A stretch of 49,735 nucleotides of DNA, from positions 1 to 49,735 of the forward strand of contig VSNB01000001.1 in the NCBI GenBank assembly GCA_009774055.1. Direction: 5' to 3'. Positions 1-8,823 of the stretch are shown piece after piece; position 1 is the stretch's first letter; each line of letters opens with the position of its first letter. The translations under genes were made by a program, and so were the position numbers. The notes beneath the pieces were generated by a model. That model searched no databases, was not told where the DNA came from, and saw only the letters and a list, made by a program, of their open reading frames with translations. This DNA is from Clostridiales bacterium. GTDB taxonomy: Bacteria; Bacillota; Clostridia; Oscillospirales; Oscillospiraceae.

Positions 1-100
1 GATAAGAAGGACAAGATTTTCCGGCTGACCTTCGCGGACTTCTACGGCATCAACGAGAAACGGCGAGTACGTCTATACGGTATAAGCCCCTCCTTTGAGA

Positions 101-130
101 GACGGACAGGAATATTCCTGTCCGTCTTTT
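101..130 (+). terminator. Rho-independent terminator of an upstream gene truncated by the window edge
   Basis: Perfect 10-bp stem GACGGACAGG / CCTGTCCGTC with an AATATT loop, followed by TTTT. Confidence 0.8.
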
Positions 131-361
131 GCATATGGGATCTTAGAAGAGGTTGGCGCTGCGCTGCCTATTCCGCCGGTTGTGAAATTCTCTAAAAACA
201 GCCGAACAAAATTGTAGAACCACACAAAAAGCACAGGATGGAAAAATCTCTGTTGACAAATCGATGAGTTTGATATATCTTTTGTATAGAGTCAAGCAAT
301 TCTGACCGGTTATTTGTAAAATCAATAAATAAAAAGCCAACAATTGAATACTTCGGATGAA

Positions 362-530
362 CGGCTTAGGAGAGTCCGCGAAAGCGGCGCCGAAGGAGCA
401 ACTGCCATTCTCTCTCAGGTAAAAGGGACTGAGCCGGGACGAAAATCTGGAAAGCGCTGCGGCGCACCGACGGGGCAACCGGCGGTGGGATAGCCTCCTA
501 CGGGAATCTCTCAGGTTTTGATGAACAGAG
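362..530 (+). promoter_or_regulatory. Tandem glycine riboswitch (two aptamers)
   Basis: Aptamer 1: GGAGAG...GCCGAAGGAGCAA...CTCTCAGGTAAAAGGGACTGAG. Aptamer 2: GGAAAG...CACCGACGGGGCAA...CTCTCAGGTTTTGATGAACAGAG. Both match the conserved glycine-aptamer cores. The element sits directly upstream of gcvT. Confidence 0.9.
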
Positions 531-560
531 GCGCGACACATTTGTCGCGCCCTGTTTTTT
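524..560 (+). terminator. Riboswitch expression-platform terminator (glycine ON-switch)
   Basis: ACAGAGGCGCGACA-CATT-TGTCGCGCCCTGT stem followed by TTTTTT. Its 5' arm overlaps the 3' strand of aptamer-2 P1, so ligand-stabilised P1 would exclude the terminator. Confidence 0.8.
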
Positions 561-661
561 GCGCCCCAGCGGTACCGTGAGGAAACAGGCCGTGGAAACA
601 CCGGTCTGTCTTTTTCTATTTCTCCGCGTCAGGATTTCATTTTTAAAGGAGGAACCTCAGC

Positions 662-3310
662 ATGAGCGATTTGAAGCGCACCCAACTTTACGATGTCCAC
701 ACAGCCGCCGGGGCGGCGATGGTGGATTTCGGCGGATGGGAGATGCCCATGGAGTACCCCGCCAAGATCGTTGCCGAGCATCTGTATACCCGCCACGCCT
801 GTAGCCTCTTCGATGTGTCCCACATGGGCCGCATTCTGGTGGAGGGCCCCCAGGCGGTCCCCTTCCTCCAGCATGTCCTCTCCAGCAATGTCATGGCCCT
901 GGACCTCAACCAGGCCCAGTACGCCATCATCCCCAACGAGCGCGGCGGCGCGGTGGACGACGCCTACCTCTACCGCTTCGAGGAGGACCGGTACCTGCTG
1001 GTGGTCAACGCCGCCAACACCGATAAGGACCTGGCCCACCTCAACGAGCAGATCAAGAAGTTCGACGCCAAGATGACCGTCATCACCGGCGACTGGGCCG
1101 CCATCGCCGTCCAGGGCCCCAAGGCCAAGGAAATCCTGCAGGTCCTCTCCGGCGGCCAGGCCCTCACCGAGCCGGTGAAGAACGCCTTGAACACCCTCCA
1201 GCTGGAGGGCCGCACCGTCCGCATCGCCAAGACCGGCTACACCGGCGAGCCCATCGGCTACGAGGTCTACATCGAATCCGCCGAGGCCCCCTGGCTTTGG
1301 AACCGGCTGGTGGAGCTGGGCGCGAAGCCTGCGGGCCTTGGGGCCCGGGACACCTGCCGCCTGGAGGCCTGCCTGCCCCTGTACGGCCACGAAATGGGAC
1401 TGGACCCCGAGGGGAAGGAAATTCCCGTCTTTGCCGTGCCCCTGGCCAAGTTCGCCGTCAGCTTCTCGGAGCAGAAGGGCGACTTCATTGGACGGGAAGC
1501 TCTGGAAAAGCAGTACGCGGCCTTCCAGCGCATCCAGAACCGGAACTTCTCCGACCTGACAGACCTGCCCCGGCGGATTCTGCCCATCACCCTGCTGGAC
1601 AAGGGCGTCATGCGGGCGGGGATGCCGATATACAAGGGCGACAAGCTCATCGGCTACACCACCAGCGGCACCATGGTCCCCTACTACCGCCACGAGGGCG
1701 AGGGACTCCAGACGGTTATTCTGGAGGAAACCGCCAAGCGGTCCATCGGCCTGGCTATCGTGGACAGCGACACCCTGGAGGATGACGAGGTCCAGGTGGA
1801 CGTCCGGGGCAGACGGCTGCAGGCGGTGATTCCTCCCTACCACATGCGTGTGGACGCGCCTCCCTTCGCCCGCCCCATTCTCTACCGTCCCGAGGAGGAT
1901 GCCGCCGCTCCCGCCTCCGGCGACCGGGCTCCCAAGGCCCTGGAGCTCATCGGCAAGGCCCTTCAGAACCATGTCTGGCGGCAGGAGAAGTGCGTGAACC
2001 TCATCCCCTCGGAAATGACGCCCTCCCGGGCGGTGCGCCTGCTGTGCGCCAGCGACCCCTCCTTCCGGTACGCTGAGCACAAGAAGGTGAAGAGCTTCTA
2101 CGACGCGGACGTGTTCTACTACCAGGGCACTGCGTTCATCGACGAGGTGGAGCAGCTGCTGGTAGAGGAAATGAAAGCCTTTATGGGCTGCGCCGAGGTG
2201 GAGACCCGGTGCGTCAGCGGCCAGATGTCCAACACCTGCGTATTCTCCGCCCTCATGGACTGGAAGAACCGCCTCAACCGCAAGCAGGACCCCCGGCGGC
2301 TGGGATACATCATGAACAATCACATCATCAAGGGGGGCCACCTCTCCGCCCAGCCCATGGGAGCCCTCCACGACTACATCGCCATCGACCCCGTCACCGA
2401 GCGGCACGCTCTGGTGAACTTCCCGGTTCTGAAAGACAACATCTACAAGATCGACGTGGAGGAGACGAAGAAGGCCATCGACCAGTACCGGCCGGAGTTC
2501 ATCATCTTCGGCAAGAGCATGGTCCTCCACAAGGAGCCCGTAGCCGCCATCCGGAAGTATGTGGACGACATGGGCCTGGAAACCACCATCATGTACGACA
2601 TGGCCCATGTTCTGGGCCTCATCGGCGACCACTTCCAGAAGCCCTTCCAGGAGGGCGCGGAGATCGTCACCGGCTCCACCCACAAGACCTTCTTCGGTCC
2701 CCAGCGGGGCATCGTGGGCGTGAACTACAAAAAGGGCGAGCTGAAGTACGGCCTCTGGGAGACGATTGAAAACCGCGCCTTCCCCGGCAGCGTCTCCAAT
2801 CACCACCTGGGCACCATGCTGGGCCTGCTGATGGCGGCTTATGAAATGAACCAGTTCAAGGACGAGTACCAGAAGGCCGTGGTCACCAACGCCAAGAGCT
2901 TCGCCAAGAGCCTGAAGGCCGCCGGCCTGGACGTGGCGGGCGACCCCGCCAACGACTACACCGAGACGCACCAGGTCATCGTCAACGTGGGCTACGGCGC
3001 CGGTCCCGACATCGCCATGCGTCTGGAGCGGAACCACATCATCTGCAACTACCAGGCCACCCCCGAGGAGGAGGGCTTCACCGCCTCCGGCGCGCTGCGC
3101 ATGGGCGTCAACGAAATGACCCGCTTCGGCTTCGGTCCCGCCGAGTTCGACAAGCTGGCCCAGATCATGGCCGACTGCATCCTCCGTGGCAAAGAGGTCA
3201 AAGAGGACATCGAAGCCCTCCGCGCCGGATACACCGAAATGAAGTACTGCTTCAGCGAGGGCCAGGCTGCGGATGCGCTGAATGAGCTGGCACGGAAGTC
3301 CGGAATCTGA
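662..3310 (+). CDS. gcvT: Fusion protein: N-terminal aminomethyltransferase (glycine cleavage T-protein) joined to a C-terminal serine hydroxymethyltransferase-like PLP domain (882 aa)
   Basis: RBS AAAGGAGG lies upstream of the ATG. The N-terminus (TQLYDVHTAAGAAMVDFGGWEMPMEY...) is typical GcvT. An acidic/Pro/Ala linker occupies about aa 405-425. The C-terminus has SHMT-like blocks (NLIPSEMTPS, KGGHLS, DMAHVLGL, GSTHKTFFGPQRG with the PLP lysine). Confidence 0.85.
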   Translation: MSDLKRTQLYDVHTAAGAAMVDFGGWEMPMEYPAKIVAEHLYTRHACSLFDVSHMGRILVEGPQAVPFLQHVLSSNVMALDLNQAQYAIIPNERGGAVDDAYLYRFEEDRYLLVVNAANTDKDLAHLNEQIKKFDAKMTVITGDWAAIAVQGPKAKEILQVLSGGQALTEPVKNALNTLQLEGRTVRIAKTGYTGEPIGYEVYIESAEAPWLWNRLVELGAKPAGLGARDTCRLEACLPLYGHEMGLDPEGKEIPVFAVPLAKFAVSFSEQKGDFIGREALEKQYAAFQRIQNRNFSDLTDLPRRILPITLLDKGVMRAGMPIYKGDKLIGYTTSGTMVPYYRHEGEGLQTVILEETAKRSIGLAIVDSDTLEDDEVQVDVRGRRLQAVIPPYHMRVDAPPFARPILYRPEEDAAAPASGDRAPKALELIGKALQNHVWRQEKCVNLIPSEMTPSRAVRLLCASDPSFRYAEHKKVKSFYDADVFYYQGTAFIDEVEQLLVEEMKAFMGCAEVETRCVSGQMSNTCVFSALMDWKNRLNRKQDPRRLGYIMNNHIIKGGHLSAQPMGALHDYIAIDPVTERHALVNFPVLKDNIYKIDVEETKKAIDQYRPEFIIFGKSMVLHKEPVAAIRKYVDDMGLETTIMYDMAHVLGLIGDHFQKPFQEGAEIVTGSTHKTFFGPQRGIVGVNYKKGELKYGLWETIENRAFPGSVSNHHLGTMLGLLMAAYEMNQFKDEYQKAVVTNAKSFAKSLKAAGLDVAGDPANDYTETHQVIVNVGYGAGPDIAMRLERNHIICNYQATPEEEGFTASGALRMGVNEMTRFGFGPAEFDKLAQIMADCILRGKEVKEDIEALRAGYTEMKYCFSEGQAADALNELARKSGI

Positions 3311-3527
3311 CGGAGGATTACGGCATACCAGTGTGTCAAAAAAGTGGTTGCAAAGCACTTTTTCGATGTTCACGCCGCCGAAAAAGTGATTAAAATTTAT
3401 TTTCGCCGAAGGCGAAAACTCCTGCGGAGGGCTTATTTGACAAGTCTGGTACTTCCTTTTTCTTGAAGGCTGAAGGCATCAGAGTCCCGCACGTCGTCTG
3501 CCGCACAAAAAGCGCACAGGTCTTCAA

Positions 3528-3556
3528 TTGACGCGGCTGGGCAGGGATGCTATACT
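3528..3556 (+). promoter_or_regulatory. Sigma-A-type promoter internal to the gcv operon, serving the hydrolase cassette
   Basis: TTGACG (3528-3533), 17-nt spacer, TGcTATACT extended -10 (TATACT at 3551-3556). Confidence 0.5.
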
Positions 3557-3592
3557 TTCCATGTAATTCAGCAAAAAAAGGAGGCCATTCGT

Positions 3593-4518
3593 ATGTTTAT
3601 TGCTATTTATGGCAAAAAAATCTGGTATGAAATTTATGGCGCAGAATATCACGATACCCTGCTGTATCTTCATGGAGGCCCGGGAGCAAGCTGTCTGGAT
3701 TTCGTAAATCAGGCAAAAGCGTTAAGCGAGAAAATGAGGGTCGTCATATTGGACCAGTTAGGCGTACTGCGCTCCGAAGCGATTGCCGAGAATGAAAGCT
3801 ACAGCATGGAATACCAGATCGAAATGCTTGAGGAAATGCGAAAATCTCTGGGAATAGAAAAATGGAGTATCCTTGGCCATTCGTATGGCGGTATGCTTGC
3901 CGTGTTATACGCACACGCCTATCCAAATTCCATTCAAAAGATCATCCTGGAGTGCCCTTCGCTGTGGTTTGAGGATTCCGCAAGGGCAACCGCTGAATAT
4001 CTGAGCGAGCATATTCATAGCCTGAACAACCCGCAGGCAGTCAAACTGTGTGAAAAAATCAAATCTGCAGACTATCAGGATAAGGCGGAAGCGGTATGGG
4101 ATCTGTCCGCCCTGCTTGGCTATGTCACTGACATGGAGCTGCGGTTTTATCTGCACAGCATCTCTTTGGAAGAATATGAACGGAATATGGACACCTCTGA
4201 CATTGCAGATGAAATGTGGTCAAAGGGAGAGCGGCATTGATGAAGCTGCTGGAAACACAGCCGGCGCCGGCTGACTCTTTGCAAAAAAGGGTGATGATGA
4301 CCGACAATCTCTTGCCGCTGATCCCAAAGCTTACCGCTCCGATGCTGTTGATAAACGGAAGGTATGACCCTGCATGTACGAAGAATCAAATCGAGTATAT
4401 CATGAACCATGCGCAAAATGTGACACAGGCAATTTTTGAAGACAGCGGTCACTTTCCACGAATTGAAGAGGCTAAAAAATATACAAGCGTCATTTTGCGT
4501 TTCCTCGATCATGCGTAA
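3593..4518 (+). pseudogene. Alpha/beta hydrolase (proline iminopeptidase-like), split by a frameshift near 4216-4240
   Basis: ORF 3593-4240 carries HGGPGAS and the GHSYGG nucleophile elbow. ORF 4216-4518, in another frame, carries the C-terminal APMLLINGRYD...DSGHFP catalytic-His region. GC is clearly lower (about 40-45% by eye) than the flanks. Confidence 0.7.
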
Positions 4519-4655
4519 GGATTTCAGCTTACTGCGCTGTATCCCGCAGGCACGGCGTATCCCGGCCCATCGGGCCAGTAAAAAGTTTTTCTTTTGATTC
4601 TTTTCTTGGTGAACAAAGAAAAGAATGTCTACCGAAAATAAAGGAGGAGCACACC

Positions 4656-5030
4656 ATGAATTTTCCTGCTGAACTGAAGTATACCAAGGACCACGAGTGG
4701 GTCAAGGACCTGGGCGATGGAGCCGCGCTGGTGGGCATCACCGATTTTGCCCAGAGCGAGCTGGGCGACCTGGTGTTCATCAACCTGCCCCAGGAGGGCG
4801 ACGAGGTCACCGCTGACGAGTCCTTCTGCGACGTGGAGTCCGTCAAGGCCGTCTCCGACGTCATGAGCCCCTGCACCGGCGTGGTGGAGGAGGTCCATAC
4901 CGAGCTGGAGGACGAGCCCCAGATGCTCAACGAGGACCCCTACGGCGCTTGGATCGCCAAAATCAAGGACATCTCCGCCTACGGCGAGCTGATGACCGCC
5001 GGCGAGTACGAGGCATTCGTCCAGAAGTAA
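4656..5030 (+). CDS. gcvH: Glycine cleavage system H protein
   Basis: 124 aa with the lipoyl-lysine motif ESVKAVSD and RBS AAAGGAGGAG. Confidence 0.95.
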   Translation: MNFPAELKYTKDHEWVKDLGDGAALVGITDFAQSELGDLVFINLPQEGDEVTADESFCDVESVKAVSDVMSPCTGVVEEVHTELEDEPQMLNEDPYGAWIAKIKDISAYGELMTAGEYEAFVQK

Positions 5031-5095
5031 CCGCCCCTCCGCCGGAGCGGGCCTTCCCCGCTCCGGTCATTTCTTTGGAAAGGAAACGTATCGTT

Positions 5096-6394
5096 ATGGG
5101 AAGCTATGTCCCGAATACGGAGACTCAGAGGCGGTCCATGCTCGCCGCCATCGGCGCGGGCGCAGTGGAGGAGCTCTTCTCCGCTGTGCCCCGGGAAATG
5201 CTGGTGGACCGGCTGGACCTGCCCGAGGGGCTCAGTGAGCTGGCCGTGCGGCAGAAGGTGTCCGCCATGGCCGCCAGGAACCGCGTATACCCCACCGTCC
5301 TCCGGGGCGCGGGGGCCTACCGGCACTTCATCCCCGCCGTGGTGAAGAGCGTCGCCAGCCGGGAGGAGCTGGTCACCGCCTATACCCCCTACCAGGCCGA
5401 GATCAGCCAGGGCATCCTCCAGTCCATCTTCGAATACCAGACCATGATCTGCGCCCTGACGGGCATGGAAGTCTCCAACGCCTCCGTCTATGACGGCTCC
5501 ACCGCCGCCGCCGAGGCCCTGGCCATGTGCCGGGACCGGAAGCGGAACCGCGCCTATATCTCCGCCTGCGCGGACCCCCAAACCATCGAAACCATGCGCA
5601 CCTACTGTTTCGGCTCCGGCATGGAGCTGACGCTCCTGCCTGAGAAGGATGGGCGCACGGACCTCGCCGCCGTCCCCCTGGGCGCGGACGCCGCCTGCGT
5701 CTACCTCCAGCAGCCCAACTACTACGGCTGCATCGAGGACGCCCGTGCCATCGGCGAGGCTGCCCATGCCGCCGGGGCCAAGTTCATTATGGGCTGCAAT
5801 CCCATCGCCCTGGCCATCATGGAGACGCCCGCCGCCTGCGGGGCGGACATCGCCGTGGGCGAGGCACAGCCCCTGGGCCTGGACCTGGCCTTCGGCGGGC
5901 CCTACCTGGGGTACATGGCCGCCAATAAGGCCATGTTCCGGAAGCTGCCGGGCCGCATCGTGGGCCAGACCCACGACGCGGCGGGGAACGAGGGATACGT
6001 GCTGACCCTCACCGCCCGGGAGCAGCACATCCGCCGGGAGAAGGCATCCTCCAACATCTGCTCCAACCAGGCCCTCTGCGCCTTCATCGCCGGAGTGTAC
6101 ATGACCGCTATGGGTGCGGATGGCATGAAACAGGCTGCAGCCCTCTGCCTGTCCAAGGCCCGCTATTTCGCCGCCGAGCTGGAAAAGATCGGACTGCCCC
6201 GGGCCCACGGCGGGGAGTTCTTCCACGAGTTCGTCACCAGATGCGAAAACCCGGAGAAGGTTCTCCGGGCGCTGGATGAAAACGGTATCCTGGGCGGTCT
6301 GCCTGTCCAGGACGGCATCCTCTGGTGCGTCACCGAAGTGGTGACCAAGGAGGAGCTGGACCGCGCGGTGAACGTCATCAAGGAGGTGCGCTGA
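5096..6394 (+). CDS. gcvPA: Glycine dehydrogenase (decarboxylating) subunit 1
   Basis: Start moved to the internal ATG (MGSYVPNTETQ...) behind GGAAAGGAAA. The upstream part of the tracked ORF overlaps gcvH. Sequence is typical P-protein alpha subunit. Confidence 0.9.
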   Translation: MGSYVPNTETQRRSMLAAIGAGAVEELFSAVPREMLVDRLDLPEGLSELAVRQKVSAMAARNRVYPTVLRGAGAYRHFIPAVVKSVASREELVTAYTPYQAEISQGILQSIFEYQTMICALTGMEVSNASVYDGSTAAAEALAMCRDRKRNRAYISACADPQTIETMRTYCFGSGMELTLLPEKDGRTDLAAVPLGADAACVYLQQPNYYGCIEDARAIGEAAHAAGAKFIMGCNPIALAIMETPAACGADIAVGEAQPLGLDLAFGGPYLGYMAANKAMFRKLPGRIVGQTHDAAGNEGYVLTLTAREQHIRREKASSNICSNQALCAFIAGVYMTAMGADGMKQAAALCLSKARYFAAELEKIGLPRAHGGEFFHEFVTRCENPEKVLRALDENGILGGLPVQDGILWCVTEVVTKEELDRAVNVIKEVR

Positions 6395-6395
6395 T

Positions 6396-7826
6396 ATGAA
6401 GCTGATTTTCGAGAAGGGCGCGCCCGGCCAGGGCCTGTCCCTTATGCCCCCCTGCGACGTGCCGGAGATCACGCTGTCCCGTCCCCGGACGGAGCCTCTG
6501 GACCTGCCCCACGTGTCCGAGACGGAGCTGACCCGGCACTACACGGCTCTCGCCAAACGGGTCCACGGGGTCAACGACGGGTTCTACCCCCTGGGGTCCT
6601 GCACCATGAAGTACAACCCCAAGATCAACGAGGACATGGCCTCCCTCCCCGGCTTTACCCAGATCCACCCCCTCCAGCCCCAGGAGACGGTCCAGGGGTG
6701 CCTGGAGGCCATCCACACCGCCGGGAAGCTGCTGGGGGAGATCACCGGCATGGACGCCATAACCTTCCAGCCCGCCGCCGGGGCCCACGGCGAGTTCACC
6801 GGCCTGCTGCTCATCAAGGCATACCACCGCAGCCGGAATGACGCCGCCCGGACCAAGATTATTGTCCCCGACTCCGCCCACGGCACCAACCCGGCCTCCG
6901 CCGTCATGGCGGGATTCACGGTGGTGAACATCCCCTCCGGCCCAGACGGCTGCGTGGATGTGGAAGCCCTGCGGCAGGCCGTCGGGCCCGACACCGCCGG
7001 CCTCATGCTCACAAACCCCAATACCGTGGGCATTTTTGACAAGAACATCCTGGAGATCACCAAGACCGTCCATGAGGCCGGGGGCCTCTGCTACTACGAC
7101 GGGGCCAATCTCAACGCCGTCATGGGCGTAGTCCGCCCCGGAGACATGGGCTTCGACGTGATCCACCTCAACCTCCACAAGACCTTCTCCACCCCCCACG
7201 GCGGCGGCGGCCCCGGCTCCGGCGCGGTGGGCTGCAAGAAGTTCCTGGCCCGCTTCCTGCCGGGCCCCGTAGCGGAGAAGGACGGGGACGGATACCGCCT
7301 GGTCCGGCCCGAGGACTCCATCGGACGGGTGAAAAACTTCTACGGCAACTTCGCCGTGGCGGTCCGGGCCCTGACCTACGTCCTGACCCTGGGCCGGGAG
7401 GGCATCCCCGAGGCGGCGAAGAACGCGGTGCTCAACGCCAATTACATGATGAAGCGCCTCTCCGAGAAATATGCCATGGCCTACGCCGGCCCCTGCATGC
7501 ACGAGTTCGTCATGACCCTCCAGGACCTGAAGGACGAAACCGGCTGCTCCGCTATGGACGTAGCCAAGGGTCTGCTGGACCACGGCATCCATCCGCCTAC
7601 GATGTACTTCCCCCTCATCGTCCACGAGGCGCTGATGGTGGAGCCCACGGAGACGGAGAGCCAGGAGACGATGGACGAGGTCTGCGGCGTGTTCCTCTCC
7701 CTGTGGGATCTGGCCCACGAAAATCCCCAGGCCCTCCACGATGCGCCTACTAGGACTCCGGTGGGCCGTCTGGACGAGGTGGGTGCGGCCCGGAACCCGG
7801 TTTTGCGCTATCTTCCCCATGATTAA
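6396..7826 (+). CDS. gcvPB: Glycine dehydrogenase (decarboxylating) subunit 2
   Basis: Starts 1 nt after the gcvPA stop. Has the PLP lysine motif NLHKTFSTPHGGGGPG. Confidence 0.95.
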   Translation: MKLIFEKGAPGQGLSLMPPCDVPEITLSRPRTEPLDLPHVSETELTRHYTALAKRVHGVNDGFYPLGSCTMKYNPKINEDMASLPGFTQIHPLQPQETVQGCLEAIHTAGKLLGEITGMDAITFQPAAGAHGEFTGLLLIKAYHRSRNDAARTKIIVPDSAHGTNPASAVMAGFTVVNIPSGPDGCVDVEALRQAVGPDTAGLMLTNPNTVGIFDKNILEITKTVHEAGGLCYYDGANLNAVMGVVRPGDMGFDVIHLNLHKTFSTPHGGGGPGSGAVGCKKFLARFLPGPVAEKDGDGYRLVRPEDSIGRVKNFYGNFAVAVRALTYVLTLGREGIPEAAKNAVLNANYMMKRLSEKYAMAYAGPCMHEFVMTLQDLKDETGCSAMDVAKGLLDHGIHPPTMYFPLIVHEALMVEPTETESQETMDEVCGVFLSLWDLAHENPQALHDAPTRTPVGRLDEVGAARNPVLRYLPHD

Positions 7827-8805
7827 GCGCATTCGCCTTTTCCGAACGGACTGCACCGACCCCTACCGCAACCTGGCGGCGGAGCAATGCCTCCTGGAGA
7901 CTGCACCGGAGGACAGCTGCACCCTCTATCTATGGCAGAACCGCCATACGGTGGTGATTGGCCGCAACCAGAACGCCTGGCGGGAGTGCCGCACCGCCAA
8001 GCTGGAGGCGGACGGCGGGTTTCTGGCCCGCCGTCTCTCCGGCGGAGGGGCGGTGTTCCACGATCTGGGGAATCTGAATTTCACCTTCCTGGTCCACAAA
8101 AAAGACTACGACCTGTCCCGCCAGCTGGGCGTGATCGCCAGGGCCTGCCGGGCCCTGGGTATCCCGGCGGAGCCCTCGGGCCGCAACGATCTGCTGGCGG
8201 ACGGACGGAAGTTCTCCGGCAACGCCTTCTATACCCACGGCGGGCGGAGCTATCACCACGGCACCCTGCTGGTGGACGCGGACCTGTCCCAAATGGGCCG
8301 GTACCTCAGCCCCTCCCGGGCCAAGCTGGAATCCAAGGGCGTGGCCTCGGTCCCCGCCCGGGTGGTGAACCTCCGGGAGCTCAGGCCGGAGCTCACCATC
8401 GCCGGGATGGAGGATGCGCTGGAGGCCGCCTTCCAGGAGGCATACGGCCTCCCGGCAGAACAGCTGGCGGCATCGGCGCTGGACGAAGAGCGCGTCGCCG
8501 CCCTGGCGGCGCGCAACGCCGGCTGGGACTGGCTCTATGGCCAGGAGACAGCCTGCACCCTCCAATGCGTGGACAGGTTCGCCTGGGGGGACATTGAGCT
8601 GCGCCTGACCGTGGAGGGCGGGACCGTAGTCCGGGCGTCGGTATACACCGACGCCATGGACTGGACCCTGGCCCCGGCGGTGGAGGAGGCCCTGACGGGC
8701 TGCCGCTTCCGTCTGGAGGACATGGCCCAGCGTCTTTGCGCCGCCGGCCTGGCGGAAGGGGCCGGGGAGGACCTGCGCTGCCTGCTGGCGCGTCAGAATC
8801 TTTAA
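7819..8805 (+). CDS. lplA: Lipoate-protein ligase A
   Basis: Start at ATG 7819 (MIKRIRLF...), overlapping the gcvPB stop (ATGATTAA). Has RRLSGGGAVFHDLGN and GRKFSGNA LplA-type motifs. Confidence 0.85.
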   Translation: MIKRIRLFRTDCTDPYRNLAAEQCLLETAPEDSCTLYLWQNRHTVVIGRNQNAWRECRTAKLEADGGFLARRLSGGGAVFHDLGNLNFTFLVHKKDYDLSRQLGVIARACRALGIPAEPSGRNDLLADGRKFSGNAFYTHGGRSYHHGTLLVDADLSQMGRYLSPSRAKLESKGVASVPARVVNLRELRPELTIAGMEDALEAAFQEAYGLPAEQLAASALDEERVAALAARNAGWDWLYGQETACTLQCVDRFAWGDIELRLTVEGGTVVRASVYTDAMDWTLAPAVEEALTGCRFRLEDMAQRLCAAGLAEGAGEDLRCLLARQNL

Positions 8806-8823
8806 GAATGGAGAAACAGCCCT

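Noticed and set aside
1-85. Possible 3' end of a + strand CDS at the window start
   Set aside because: Frame 1 is open but runs through the terminator hairpin at 101-130. Frame 2 ends plausibly at TAA 83-85 but is interrupted by a TGA at 26-28. The frame cannot be resolved from about 85 nt, so I report only the terminator.
253-281. A promoter for the glycine riboswitch operon (TTGACA at 253-258 with TGaTATATC)
   Set aside because: The spacer is only about 15 nt and several alternative AT-rich hexamers exist. I cannot choose a start site from sequence alone.
629-3373. Very long antisense or alternate-frame ORFs (629-3373 -, 4979-6472 -, 6378-7856 -, 8839-10128 -, 10225-11889 +, 21335-24784 +, 32745-34292 -, 39904-44880 +, 47124-49469 -, and others)
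   Set aside because: These are typical stop-codon-poor shadow ORFs of high-GC DNA. Their translations are Arg/Gly/Ala/Pro-rich with no motifs, and each overlaps a gene with clear family signatures on the other strand or frame.
4216-4240. Programmed ribosomal frameshift in the alpha/beta hydrolase
   Set aside because: I saw no slippery heptamer or downstream stimulatory structure. A decaying horizontally acquired gene, or a sequencing indel, is the simpler explanation.
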